NCBI GenBank assembly: GCA_965279525.1
Contig: CBDIIB010000002.1
Span: 288,001 to 352,000 of the forward strand
DNA from: Tagaea sp.
GTDB taxonomy: Bacteria; Pseudomonadota; Alphaproteobacteria; CACIAM-22H2
Direction: 5' to 3'
Length of the DNA stretch: 64,000 nt
In this document: positions 31,303-40,495 of the stretch, piece by piece
Layout of the letters: every line of letters starts with the position of its first letter
How positions within the stretch are numbered: position 1 is the stretch's first letter
Position numbers and translations under genes: made by a program
The notes under the pieces: model-generated
The model's database searches: none
What the model was told of the DNA's origin: nothing
What the model saw: the letters and a program-made list of their open reading frames with translations, nothing else

Positions 31303-31793
31303 CCGGAAATTTCCGCATCCGCAAGGCAACCCAGGTCGACATGCCGGCCGTCTACCGGCTCGTGCGCGCGCTTGCCGTCTACGAGAAGCTGGCCGACAAG
31401 ATGACGGCCGGCGAAGCCGATTTGCGTGAAGCGCTGTTCGGCAAGCAGCCGCGCATCGAAGCGGCGCTGGCCGAAGCGCAAGACGGCCGTGCTGTCGGCA
31501 TCGCGATCTTCTACGAGAATTTCGCGACGTTCACCTGCACGCCGGGGTTCTATCTCGAAGACCTCTATGTCGACGAGGACGCGCGCGGGGCCGGCATCGG
31601 CAAGGCGCTGATTGCGTGGGGTGCGGCGCGTGCCCTCGAACGCGGCTGTGCGCGCTACCAGTGGGTCGTGCTCGACTGGAACAAGCCGGCGCGCGACTTC
31701 TACCGCTCGCTGGGTGCCGAGGAGACGCCCGAGTGGATCGGCGTGCGCGTAACGGGCGATGCGCTCCAGGCGCTCGCCGGCAAGGTGCTGTGA
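31299..31793 (+). CDS. GNAT acetyltransferase (diamine acetyltransferase-like)
   Basis: LAVYEK, YLEDLYV..RGAGIGKAL, VLDWN..FYRSLG. Confidence 0.88.
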   Translation: MTGNFRIRKATQVDMPAVYRLVRALAVYEKLADKMTAGEADLREALFGKQPRIEAALAEAQDGRAVGIAIFYENFATFTCTPGFYLEDLYVDEDARGAGIGKALIAWGAARALERGCARYQWVVLDWNKPARDFYRSLGAEETPEWIGVRVTGDALQALAGKVL

Positions 31794-32257
31794 TGTTCCG
31801 CCTGCTGCTCGTTCCTTGCCTGCTGCTCGCCTTCGACGGCGCGGCGGGCGAGCGCGCGGCGAGCGGTTCGCTTTTCGCGCTCGGCATGCCGAAGCCGGCT
31901 GCACTTGCGCTCGCCGGGCCCGAAGCGCTCACCGGCGTCCTTTGCGGCGGCATGGATGCGGTGATGGTCGAGCGCAGTGGCGCAAGCACGATGGCCGGCT
32001 TCGCCGCCGGGCGCGTGGCGGAGATCGAGGCGCTGGACAGCCCGCCCGACTGCCGCGCGGCGTTCGAGCGCGGCTATGCCGCAGCCGTCGCGCGCTGGGG
32101 TGCGGCCATGACGGCACCCGAAGACGGCGCCGCCGGCACGGCGCGCACGCGGCGCGCGGATTTCCGCGTGCGCGGCGGGCTTGCCGAGCTGGTCGAACGA
32201 CGCTTTCCCGGCGGTGCGTGCGATGTCCGCCTCGTGATCCGCGCCGACGCGGTCTAG
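31793..32257 (+). CDS. Hypothetical exported protein
   Basis: TGATG coupling to upstream GNAT; signal-peptide-like N-terminus. Confidence 0.5.
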   Translation: MFRLLLVPCLLLAFDGAAGERAASGSLFALGMPKPAALALAGPEALTGVLCGGMDAVMVERSGASTMAGFAAGRVAEIEALDSPPDCRAAFERGYAAAVARWGAAMTAPEDGAAGTARTRRADFRVRGGLAELVERRFPGGACDVRLVIRADAV

Positions 32258-32802
32258 TTCTGCCGCTGGATGACCGCGCAGGCGATGCGCGGGCCCGCAC
32301 CGCCGATGGGCTGGCTGGTGTGGTCGTCGGGGTTCTGGTGCACGACGAAGGCGGCCCCGTCGGCATCGAGCAGCGTGCCGCGACCCGAAGCGCCGCCGAT
32401 CGACACGAGGGTCGTGAACATCTCGACCTCGACCGAGCCGTCGCGATGCACGATCAGGTTCGGCAGGTCGCCATGGTCGCCCGTCGCGTTGAGCAGGCCG
32501 TGCGCGAGACCCGGCGCACCCAGATGCGGACCCGACGCGACGAACCCCGCCGCGTTGTCGGCGCATGTGCCGACCGAATGGATGTGGATGCCCTTGCGGC
32601 CCGGCGGCAGGCCGCCTTCGCGCACCTGGATGTTGATCGCGACGCCGCGCGGCCCTTCGACGAGCGCCACCGTGCCGATCTCGCGTCCGTCGCGGTCGAG
32701 AAGCATTCCGCCGGCGCGCGCGACCGGTACCTGCGGCATCTGGGCAAGGGCGGCGGCGGAAATTCCGGCCGTCAGCACGACGGCAAGGGTCGAGAGGCGC
32801 AT
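32254..32802 (-). CDS. sodC: Cu/Zn superoxide dismutase family protein
   Basis: Signal peptide, GIHIH..C, HG..GDLPNL, VVHQNPDD, GGAGPRIAC. Confidence 0.88.
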   Translation of the reverse strand: MRLSTLAVVLTAGISAAALAQMPQVPVARAGGMLLDRDGREIGTVALVEGPRGVAINIQVREGGLPPGRKGIHIHSVGTCADNAAGFVASGPHLGAPGLAHGLLNATGDHGDLPNLIVHRDGSVEVEMFTTLVSIGGASGRGTLLDADGAAFVVHQNPDDHTSQPIGGAGPRIACAVIQRQN

Positions 32803-32845
32803 GGTCGTTCCTCCGGTTGTCGTTCTTCTGCAGGCAAGTCTGGTC

Positions 32846-33352
32846 CTATCCGAGCCGGATGTCGATCTCGGGGTCCGGATCGAGCGCGGCGAGGACGGCG
32901 AGCAGGTCGTCGCGCGCCAGCGCCACGCAGCCGGCGGTCGGCGTGTAGCCTTCCCGCGCGACGTGCAGGAAGATGGCGCTGCCGCGACCCGGAACGACGG
33001 GGCCGTCGTTGAACCCGAGCGGCACGACGATGTCGTAGACGCCATCGTCGCGCATCAGGCGTTCGGGATGGTCGGCCACCAGGCGCCGCTGGAGGGTGTT
33101 GTAGGTCGGCAGAGCCGGATCGTCGTCCCACACCATGTCGGTTTCGATCGGCGTGAAGTCGAGCGGGCCGGGCGGTTTCGCCAGCCGGTCGGCCCGCCAG
33201 AATCCGGCGCGCAGGGGCCAGACGCCGGCGGGCGTGCCGGCATCGCCTTCGCGCTTGGTCGCTGCCGGAACGATCCCGCCCTTGCCGATGGCACATGTCC
33301 AGCGGTGCGGCCCGAGAATCGCCATGCCCCTGTCGATGACGATGCGGTTCAT
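32846..33352 (-). CDS. L,D-transpeptidase (YkuD-like) family protein
   Basis: KREGD..TPAG, GRGSAIFLH..TAGCVAL. Confidence 0.85.
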   Translation of the reverse strand: MNRIVIDRGMAILGPHRWTCAIGKGGIVPAATKREGDAGTPAGVWPLRAGFWRADRLAKPPGPLDFTPIETDMVWDDDPALPTYNTLQRRLVADHPERLMRDDGVYDIVVPLGFNDGPVVPGRGSAIFLHVAREGYTPTAGCVALARDDLLAVLAALDPDPEIDIRLG

Positions 33353-33439
33353 GCCCGCCATTCTAGGCCAGATGCGGCGAACGGTCGCGAGGGTGTCCTC
33401 ACTTTTTGATTGCGTGCTGCCGGTCGACTCCCTACAAGC

Positions 33440-33490
33440 GGCCCCGGGCCAGGACCTCCCAACGGGTCCCGGCTCTTCTGAAAGGAAGAG
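33440..33490 (+). ncRNA. Candidate alphaproteobacterial serC leader RNA element
   Basis: GGACC-TCCCAACG-GGTCC hairpin directly upstream of serC, where the Rfam serC leader is found. Confidence 0.5.
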
Positions 33491-33495
33491 CTCAA

Positions 33496-34662
33496 ATGAC
33501 AAAACCGACCACGCGTCCCAATTGCGCCAATTTTTCGTCCGGCCCGTGCGCCAAGCGCCCCGGATGGTCCCTTGAAAACCTGAAAGACGCCGCCCTCGGG
33601 CGTTCGCACCGCTCGAAGCTCGGCAAGGCCAAGCTCGTCGACGTGATCGAACGCACGCGCCGCGTGCTCGGCATCCCTGCGGATTATCGCATCGGCATCG
33701 TGCCGGCGTCGGATACCGGTGCCGTCGAGATGGCGATGTGGTCGCTGCTCGGCCCTCGCGGTGTGGATCTGCTGACGTGGGAATCGTTCGGTTCGGGCTG
33801 GGTGACGGATGCCGTCAAGCAGCTGAAGCTCAAGGACACGCGCACGCTGGAAGCCGGCTACGGCAAGCTGCCCGACCTCAAATCCGTCAATTTCGACAAC
33901 GACGTGCTGTTCACGTGGAACGGCACCACGTCGGGTGTCCGCGTGCCCAACGGCGACTGGATCCCGGCAGACCGCAAGGGCCTGACGCTGTGCGACGCCA
34001 CGTCGGCGACCTTCGCCATGCGCCTGCCGTGGGACAAACTCGATGTGACCACGTGGTCCTGGCAGAAGGTGCTCGGCGGCGAAGGCCAGCACGGCATGCT
34101 CGTCCTCAGCCCCCGCGCGGTCGAACGCCTGACCACCTATACCCCGCCCTGGCCGATGCCCAAGATCTTCCGCCTGACGCAGGGCGGCAAGCTGATCGAA
34201 GGCGTGTTCAAGGGCGAGACGATCAACACACCCTCGATGCTCGCGGTCGAAGACGCGCTCGACGGCCTGATCTGGGCCGAGAAGCTCGGCGGACTCGATG
34301 CGCTCGTGAAACGCTCGGAAGGGAACCTCGCCGCGATCGAGACGTGGGCCGCGAAGACGCCGTGGGTCGGTTTCCTCGCCGCCGACAAGGCGATCCGCTC
34401 GTGCACGTCGGTCTGTCTGGTCATCAACGACCCGGCGGTCGCCGCACTGGATGCCGATGCGAAGGCCGCCTTCTCGAAGAAGATGGTTTCGCTGCTGGAA
34501 GCCGAGAAGGTCGCCTACGACATCGACGCCTACCGCGATGCGCCGCCGGGGCTTCGCATCTGGGCGGGGGCAACCGTCGAGACGTCCGATCTCGAAGCGT
34601 TGTTCGGCTGGCTCGAATGGGCCTTCGCGGAAGCCAAGTCCGGGCTCGCCAAGGCCGCCTGA
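33496..34662 (+). CDS. serC: Phosphoserine aminotransferase
   Basis: [36 protein letters not shown]. Confidence 0.95.
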   Translation: MTKPTTRPNCANFSSGPCAKRPGWSLENLKDAALGRSHRSKLGKAKLVDVIERTRRVLGIPADYRIGIVPASDTGAVEMAMWSLLGPRGVDLLTWESFGSGWVTDAVKQLKLKDTRTLEAGYGKLPDLKSVNFDNDVLFTWNGTTSGVRVPNGDWIPADRKGLTLCDATSATFAMRLPWDKLDVTTWSWQKVLGGEGQHGMLVLSPRAVERLTTYTPPWPMPKIFRLTQGGKLIEGVFKGETINTPSMLAVEDALDGLIWAEKLGGLDALVKRSEGNLAAIETWAAKTPWVGFLAADKAIRSCTSVCLVINDPAVAALDADAKAAFSKKMVSLLEAEKVAYDIDAYRDAPPGLRIWAGATVETSDLEALFGWLEWAFAEAKSGLAKAA

Positions 34663-34713
34663 TCCCTTTTCCGTTTCCTTTCGACGCGCGGGAAATCGCG
34701 CGAGGAGTTTCAC

Positions 34714-36291
34714 ATGCCCAAGGTCCTCATCTCCGACGCCCTTTCCCCGCGTGCCGTCGACATCTTCAAGGAGCGCGGCATCGAGACCGACATGAAGGTC
34801 GGCCTGAAGCCCGACGAGCTGAAGGCGATCATCGGCAACTATGACGGGCTGGCGATCCGCTCGGCCACCAAGGCGACCGCCGACCTGCTGGCGGCCGCCA
34901 CGCATCTGAAGGTCATCGGGCGCGCGGGCATCGGCGTGGACAATGTCGACGTGCCGGCGGCCACCGCACGCGGCATCGTCGTGATGAACACGCCGTTCGG
35001 CAACTCGATCACGACGGCCGAACACGCCATCGCGATGATGATGGCGCTCGCCCGCCAGCTTCCCGCCGCCGACAAGTCGACCCAGGCCGGCAAGTGGGAG
35101 AAGAACCGCTTCATGGGCGTGGAAGTGGCCGGCAAGACGCTGGGCCTGATCGGGGCCGGCAATATCGGCTCGATCGTCGCCGACCGCGCGCATGGCCTCA
35201 AGATGAAGGTCATCGCGTTCGATCCGTTCCTGTCGCCGGAACGCGCACAGGTGCTGGGGCTGGAGAAGGTGGATCTCGACACGTTGCTGGCGCGCGCCGA
35301 TTTCATCACGCTGCACACGCCGCTGACCGAGCAGACCAAGAACATCCTCGACGCCAAGGCCTTCGCCAAGACCAAGAAGGGCGTGCGCATCATCAACTGC
35401 GCGCGCGGCGGGCTGGTCGTGGAAGCCGACCTGAAGGCCGCGCTCGAATCGGGCCAGGTCGCGGGCGCGGCCCTCGACGTGTTCCTGACGGAACCTGCCA
35501 AGGAAAACCCGCTCTTCGGGCGCGACGACGTGATCTGCACGCCGCATCTGGGTGCGTCCACCAGCGAGGCGCAGGAGAACGTGGCGCTGCAGGTGGCCGA
35601 GCAGATGTCGGACTACCTGCTGACCGGTGCCGTGACCAACGCCGTCAACATGCCGTCGGTCTCGGCCGAGGACGCGCCCAAACTGCGTCCCTACATGCAG
35701 CTCGCCACGAACCTGGGTTCGTATCTGGGCCAGCTGCAGGACGAGAACGTCAAGTCGCTGTCGATCGAATACGAAGGCGCCGTCGCCAACCTCAACACCA
35801 AGCCGCTGACCGCGTGCGTGCTGGCGGGGTTCCTGGGCGCGCAGCTCGAAAGCGTCAACACCGTCTCCGCACCCGCCGTCGCGCGCGAACGCGGCCTTGC
35901 CTTCACCGACATGCGCCACGACCGCGCGTCGGACTATCCGACGCTGATCCGCGTGACGGTCGTCTCGGAAGGCAACGTGCGCCAGATCGCCGGCTCGCTG
36001 TTCGGCAACGCCAAGCCGCGCATCGTCGAGATCGCCGAAGTGCCGCTGGAGGCCGAGTTCATGCCGCACATGCTTTATGTACGAAACCAGGACAAGCCGG
36101 GCTTCATCGGCTCGATCGGCCGGCTGTTCGGCGATGCCGGCATCAACATCGCGTCGTTCAACCTCGGGCGCCAGACGCGCGGCGGCGAAGCGATCTGCCT
36201 CATCGCCGTCGACCAGCCGATCGGCGAAGCGGTGCTGGCCAAGGTGCGTGCACTGCCGCAGGTGCTGCGGGCAAGGGCGCTGACGTTCTGA
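34714..36291 (+). CDS. serA: D-3-phosphoglycerate dehydrogenase
   Basis: GRAGIGVDNVD, GAGNIG, PHLGAST, C-terminal ACT domain. Confidence 0.96.
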   Translation: MPKVLISDALSPRAVDIFKERGIETDMKVGLKPDELKAIIGNYDGLAIRSATKATADLLAAATHLKVIGRAGIGVDNVDVPAATARGIVVMNTPFGNSITTAEHAIAMMMALARQLPAADKSTQAGKWEKNRFMGVEVAGKTLGLIGAGNIGSIVADRAHGLKMKVIAFDPFLSPERAQVLGLEKVDLDTLLARADFITLHTPLTEQTKNILDAKAFAKTKKGVRIINCARGGLVVEADLKAALESGQVAGAALDVFLTEPAKENPLFGRDDVICTPHLGASTSEAQENVALQVAEQMSDYLLTGAVTNAVNMPSVSAEDAPKLRPYMQLATNLGSYLGQLQDENVKSLSIEYEGAVANLNTKPLTACVLAGFLGAQLESVNTVSAPAVARERGLAFTDMRHDRASDYPTLIRVTVVSEGNVRQIAGSLFGNAKPRIVEIAEVPLEAEFMPHMLYVRNQDKPGFIGSIGRLFGDAGINIASFNLGRQTRGGEAICLIAVDQPIGEAVLAKVRALPQVLRARALTF

Positions 36292-36293
36292 CA

Positions 36294-36341
36294 CCCTCAC
36301 CCTAGCCCTCTCCCGCAAGCGGGAGAGGGCTAGGGTGAGGG
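36294..36341. repeat. REP-like palindrome, family A, perfect 23-bp stem
   Basis: CCCTCACCCTAGCCCTCTCCCGC-AA-GCGGGAGAGGGCTAGGGTGAGGG. Confidence 0.85.
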
Positions 36342-36344
36342 GGG

Positions 36345-36548
36345 CTAAGACTGGATGTTTCCGTCATGCCCGGGCTTGTCCCGGGCATCCACGACTTTGG
36401 CGGCAGCACGCGCGACGTCGTCGAGTGCTGCGGCGAACACCGCGGGGTTCGGGTCTTCGAAGCACGCGGCGAGATACTCGGCGACCGTTTCCGGTTCGTC
36501 GAGATAGTCGGTCGCGTCGAACTTATGTCCTCTTTCCATCGCCATCAC
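36345..36548 (-). pseudogene. Addiction-module antidote (HigA-like) N-terminal fragment, lacking the HTH
   Basis: FDATDYLDEPETVAEYLAACFEDPNPAVFAAALDDVARA, then runs into REP-B. Confidence 0.7.
36363..36393. repeat. REP-like element, family B
   Basis: GTCATGCCCGGGCTTGTCCCGGGCATCCACG; copies at 38702-38732 and inverted at 38976-39006. Confidence 0.85.
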
Positions 36549-36664
36549 GCAAATCTTAGGCTCTCGAACCGTCGCCAGAATCTATAACTTCAACCAAATT
36601 GACTTATGACTACAATTTTAAGATATTTTAGTTGTTGATCTGAACTCGCTTACGAGATGTGCAG

Positions 36665-37765
36665 ATGGGTGACTCAAGCGGCAATCAAGGTACCCTGGAT
36701 GAGAAGAAGTCCGGAGGTGTGCCAATCGAATTAAAAATAGATGTTTCAAGCAAACTTCTAGAGAAAGTTTGGAAGTCGCTAGATCGGGCGACTGCGGGAT
36801 TGTTTAGCGCGTGGAGACTTCGTCGGGAGGGGTACGCAACTGCTGACGTAAAGGCTTATGAGATGCGCGCCCTCGTTCAAGCGGAGAAAGACGCCGAGGA
36901 AATTAGGGGAGGGCGAGCCCGAGTGGGGAAATCTGGGGCATTGGAGGCACTGCCACAATCGCAAGACTCAAAGCTTAACGCGTCGCCGACAGACCTGATT
37001 AGGTTTTTAGTTGAAAATGGTGAGCGACAGATAGTCGCCGATCATTTGCGAAAGCAGATTAATCTTGTGAAGACTGGTTTGCTAGCTGAGGCCTATGCTT
37101 CTGATCGAAGTGGGGATGCGCCCAATGAAGATGTTTCCGAAGAATGGCTATCTCGATGGAGGCATGAAGCTCAGAATGTTGACGATGATAGTTTGCGGCA
37201 AATTTGGGCGAAGCTTTTAACCGAAGAGACCGTAAGTCCGGGAACCCATCCAATTCGTTTGATAAATCTACTTGGCGGGCTATCAAGAAAGGATGCGGAA
37301 TTAGTCGAGAAGCTTGGCCAATATGTTTTCGATCGGCGCTTTATTGTTGAATATGTTCAGCAGGTAAAATGGAATCATTTCGACGTATTTAAGGAAAGAA
37401 TTGGTTTGGAGGAACTGCTCTATCTTCAGGAGCTAGGGATAGTAACGGGACTCGGTGGATTGTTTACCCGAAGCATTCATTCGTCCCTTCCAGATCAGTT
37501 TACGGCGGCTCTAAAGATCGCTGATCGATGCGTGATCATTCGTGATCCTGATCCGAAGAAGAAGCTAGAGGTTGGCACTTTTGGACTTACGCAGGTTGGC
37601 GCCAAACTTGTGGAGCTTGGTAGTTTTATCCCCAGCGAAGAGTATCTTTTTGATATGGCGCGAGCAGCCAAGCTGGCAGGGTTTGATGGCAAAGTAGCTA
37701 AGTGGAAGCCAAGTACTGAATTACCAGGCCAGATTTATATATTCGACGAAGTATCGCCGCCATAG
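36665..37765 (+). CDS. DUF2806-like protein
   Basis: EEWLSRWRHEAQNVDDDSLRQIWAKLLTEE..SPG..IRLINLL motif; low GC. Confidence 0.75.
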   Translation: MGDSSGNQGTLDEKKSGGVPIELKIDVSSKLLEKVWKSLDRATAGLFSAWRLRREGYATADVKAYEMRALVQAEKDAEEIRGGRARVGKSGALEALPQSQDSKLNASPTDLIRFLVENGERQIVADHLRKQINLVKTGLLAEAYASDRSGDAPNEDVSEEWLSRWRHEAQNVDDDSLRQIWAKLLTEETVSPGTHPIRLINLLGGLSRKDAELVEKLGQYVFDRRFIVEYVQQVKWNHFDVFKERIGLEELLYLQELGIVTGLGGLFTRSIHSSLPDQFTAALKIADRCVIIRDPDPKKKLEVGTFGLTQVGAKLVELGSFIPSEEYLFDMARAAKLAGFDGKVAKWKPSTELPGQIYIFDEVSPP

Positions 37766-37809
37766 GCGCGCAGAGTGCTCATGGCTTATTAAGCTGAAGT
37801 TCTAATTTT

Positions 37810-38397
37810 CTAAAAAAGCTTGCTGCGAATGGCGCCCTCATCGCGAAAGTAATATCTAAACTCCTCATCAATTAGACGGCTGCATTTGTGGAGGTTTTTT
37901 TCTATGTTTTGGCGCCCCATTCTATCTTTATTGTCTTTAAACATCAGATGGTAAAAAGCTGTCCAGAAAATTGCCGCGTCACTTAAGTTTATGATTTGAG
38001 TTGGGGCGACGACAGAGAGGCATTTGCTGTTCCTGAGTAAGTGCCTAGCAAATTTATTCTTTTGGTTTGCCGCAAGGCAGCTGGAAATAAATACGCGGCG
38101 ACCGTTGACGTGAGGAGCGATTATTTTGGCGAGATCTTTATCAGACAGCGAGTCGAGTGTGGTCCAAAATTCACCCTCATTGCCGTGACACGACAAGTGT
38201 AAATATCGGAAACTTGATTTGCCGAAGTCCTGAATGGCGGCGGCAAGTTCTTTTTTGTTTCTTACGTAGATGTACGCGGACGTTTTGCCTGCCAATCGCA
38301 ATGTACGGGAGATGATCTCTCCTTCCTTATGGGATTGCTCTTCGAGGAATCCCACGGACTCAATTATGCAAACTTTGGCTTTGGTTTTTCTTGCCAT
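37810..38397 (-). CDS. Stand-alone caspase/CHAT-like putative cysteine protease
   Basis: YLHLSCHG and VFISSC resemble the His-Cys dyad of the caspase-hemoglobinase fold; low GC. Confidence 0.65.
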   Translation of the reverse strand: MARKTKAKVCIIESVGFLEEQSHKEGEIISRTLRLAGKTSAYIYVRNKKELAAAIQDFGKSSFRYLHLSCHGNEGEFWTTLDSLSDKDLAKIIAPHVNGRRVFISSCLAANQKNKFARHLLRNSKCLSVVAPTQIINLSDAAIFWTAFYHLMFKDNKDRMGRQNIEKNLHKCSRLIDEEFRYYFRDEGAIRSKLF

Positions 38398-38480
38398 TGG
38401 GTACACCACCTATAGTATAATTCACTGAAAACAAAAAGCATTCTTAACTTTACTAATATAGAATTTTCTCAAGAGAGGAC

Positions 38481-38861
38481 ATGCCGGCATCAACATCGCG
38501 TCGTTCAACCTCGGCCGCCAGACGCGCGGCGGCGAAGCGATCCGCCTCATCGCCGTCGACCAGCCGATCGGCGAAGCGGTGCTAGCCAAAGTGCGTGCGT
38601 TGTCGCAGGTGCTGCGGGCACGGGCGCTGACGTTCTGAATCCCTCACCCCGGCCCTCTCCCGCAAGCGGGAGAGGGGTTCTTCCTAAGACTAGATGCTTC
38701 CGTCATGCCCGGGCTTGTCCCGGGCATCCACGACATTGGCGGCGGCACGCGCGACGTCGTCGAGTGCTGCGGCGAACACGGCAGGGTTCGGGTCTTCGAG
38801 GCACGCAGCGAGATACTCGGCGGCCGTTTCCGGGTCGTCGAGGTAGTCGGCTGCGTCGAAC
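38481..38861 (+). repeat. Direct repeat copy 2 (serA 3' fragment 38481-38638 + REP-A + REP-B + antidote fragment)
   Basis: ATGCCGGCATCAACATCGCG...GCGCTGACGTTCTGA duplicates the last ~52 serA codons with substitutions. Confidence 0.88.
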
Positions 38862-38884
38862 CGGCTGTGAATTGCTATGGCCAT
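38690..38884 (-). pseudogene. Second antidote-protein fragment
   Basis: MAIAIHSRFDAADYLDDPETAAEYLAACLEDPNP... Confidence 0.65.
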
Positions 38885-39060
38885 GGATCGCCGGATATCA
38901 CGGCAATCGCGATAATACAAAACGGTGCTACGACGGTCGCAGCACTACGACAGTCCGAGACGATGCATCCCTAGTCGTGGATGCCCGGGACAAGCCCGGG
39001 CATGACGGAAAAAACTGAGCGGCAGTGACGGAAAAAGTCGAGTGCGGGCCTGATTTCAGC

Positions 39061-39097
39061 TTGCCTCCTAAACCAAATTATCCTATACTAGGATAAT
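39061..39097 (+). promoter_or_regulatory. Sigma70-like promoter overlapped by a palindromic operator
   Basis: TTGCCT-17 bp-TATACT; ATTATCCTA-TAC-TAGGATAAT inverted repeat at 39077-39097. Confidence 0.55.
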
Positions 39098-39328
39098 GAA
39101 CACGTTTTGCGGTCCCACCCCTGATTTCGGCGAAGTTTGCGTCAAGCAAATCGCGTCACCTGTAAACTCCGCTGTATGGTTTTCGAGCCAGAACAGGGGG
39201 TTGCGGCAGTTGACCGTCAACTGCCGTCGCCTCCCGTCAACTCCCGTCAACCGGAATTCCGGTTGGCTTGGGACCGCAAAAACGGCTAATCAGGCGCGAA
39301 CCCGTGCGGGGTTCTCACGGGGATTCGC

Positions 39329-40483
39329 ATGAATGAACTCGTCACCCGGGCCTTGCTGCCCGCCGGCCTGCGCGATGCCTTGCCGCCCGAGGCGGATCAG
39401 GAAGCCGACATCGTCTGGCGCGTGACGCAGGTGTTCCAGCGCTTCGGCTATGCGCGCGTCAAGCCGCCGATGGTGGAGTTCGAGGACTCGCTGCTTGCCG
39501 GCAGCCAGGCCGGCATGTCGCGCCACTGCTTCCGCCTGATGGATCCCGACAGTCAGCGCATGATGGCGCTGCGCGCCGACATGACGCCGCAGGTGGCGCG
39601 CATCGCGGCCACGCGCCTGAAGGGCGAGCCGCGCCCGCTGCGTCTTTCCTATGCCGGCCAGGTCATGCGCGTGAAGGGCGACACGCTGCGCCCCGAGCGC
39701 CAGTTCGGCCAGGTGGGGGCCGAGCTGATCGGTGCGGACCAGGCCGCCGCCGACGCCGAGATCATCGCGATGTCGGCGACCGCGTTGGCCGAAGTGGGTG
39801 CCGCCAACGTGTCGGTCGATCTCGCCATTCCCTATCTGGTGCCGGCCATCATCGGCTGGAGCCAGGTGCCGCCCGGCGTGGCGGCGGACCTGCGCGCCGC
39901 CCTCGACCGCAAGGATGCGGCCGCCGTGATCGCGCGCGGCGGCAAGGTCGGCCCGCTTCTCGCCGGCCTCATCGCGGCGAGCGGGCCGGTGCCCGAAGCA
40001 CTCGCGAAGCTCGACGCGCTCGACCTGCCGCCGACCGCGCGCAAGGAAGTGGCCCGCCTCAACGAAGCGGTGGCGCTGCTGCGCGCGGCGTTGCCCGATC
40101 TGTCGCTGACGGTGGATGCCGTCGAGCGGCGCGGCTTCGAATACCAGAAGGGGCTCTCCTTCACGATCTTCGCGCGCGGCGTGCGCGGCGAGCTTGGCCG
40201 CGGCGGACGCTACCTTGCCGGCGAAGACCTGATGGAAGGGGCCGGCGAGACCGCGACGGGCGTGACGCTCTTCACCGACACGGTGCTGCGCGCGATCCCG
40301 TTTCCGGAGACGAGCCCGCGCACCTTCGCCCCGTTCGGCACGTCGCCGGCCACGCTCGCGACGCTTCGCGCCGCGGGTACCCGCATCGTCCAGGGCCTTG
40401 CCCCCGTCGCCGATCCGGCCGCCGAAGCGCGCCGGCTCGGCTGCACCCATGTGCTGCGCGACGGCAAACCGATCGCCTTATAG
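39329..40483 (+). CDS. hisZ: ATP phosphoribosyltransferase regulatory subunit
   Basis: LLPAGLRD, LRADMTPQVARIA, QVGAELIG, RGGRY; upstream of purA. Confidence 0.92.
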   Translation: MNELVTRALLPAGLRDALPPEADQEADIVWRVTQVFQRFGYARVKPPMVEFEDSLLAGSQAGMSRHCFRLMDPDSQRMMALRADMTPQVARIAATRLKGEPRPLRLSYAGQVMRVKGDTLRPERQFGQVGAELIGADQAAADAEIIAMSATALAEVGAANVSVDLAIPYLVPAIIGWSQVPPGVAADLRAALDRKDAAAVIARGGKVGPLLAGLIAASGPVPEALAKLDALDLPPTARKEVARLNEAVALLRAALPDLSLTVDAVERRGFEYQKGLSFTIFARGVRGELGRGGRYLAGEDLMEGAGETATGVTLFTDTVLRAIPFPETSPRTFAPFGTSPATLATLRAAGTRIVQGLAPVADPAAEARRLGCTHVLRDGKPIAL

Positions 40484-40495
40484 GGAAACGAAAAC

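Larger units (their letters stand above)
36134..36522 (+). repeat. Direct repeat copy 1 (serA 3' end + REP-A + REP-B + antidote fragment)
   Basis: Imperfect match to 38481-38861. Confidence 0.88.

Noticed and set aside
36294-39006. Palindromic repeats as a CRISPR array or integron attC sites
   Set aside because: No regular repeat-spacer periodicity, no cas or intI gene, and no attC consensus ends; they resemble common alphaproteobacterial REP-like elements.
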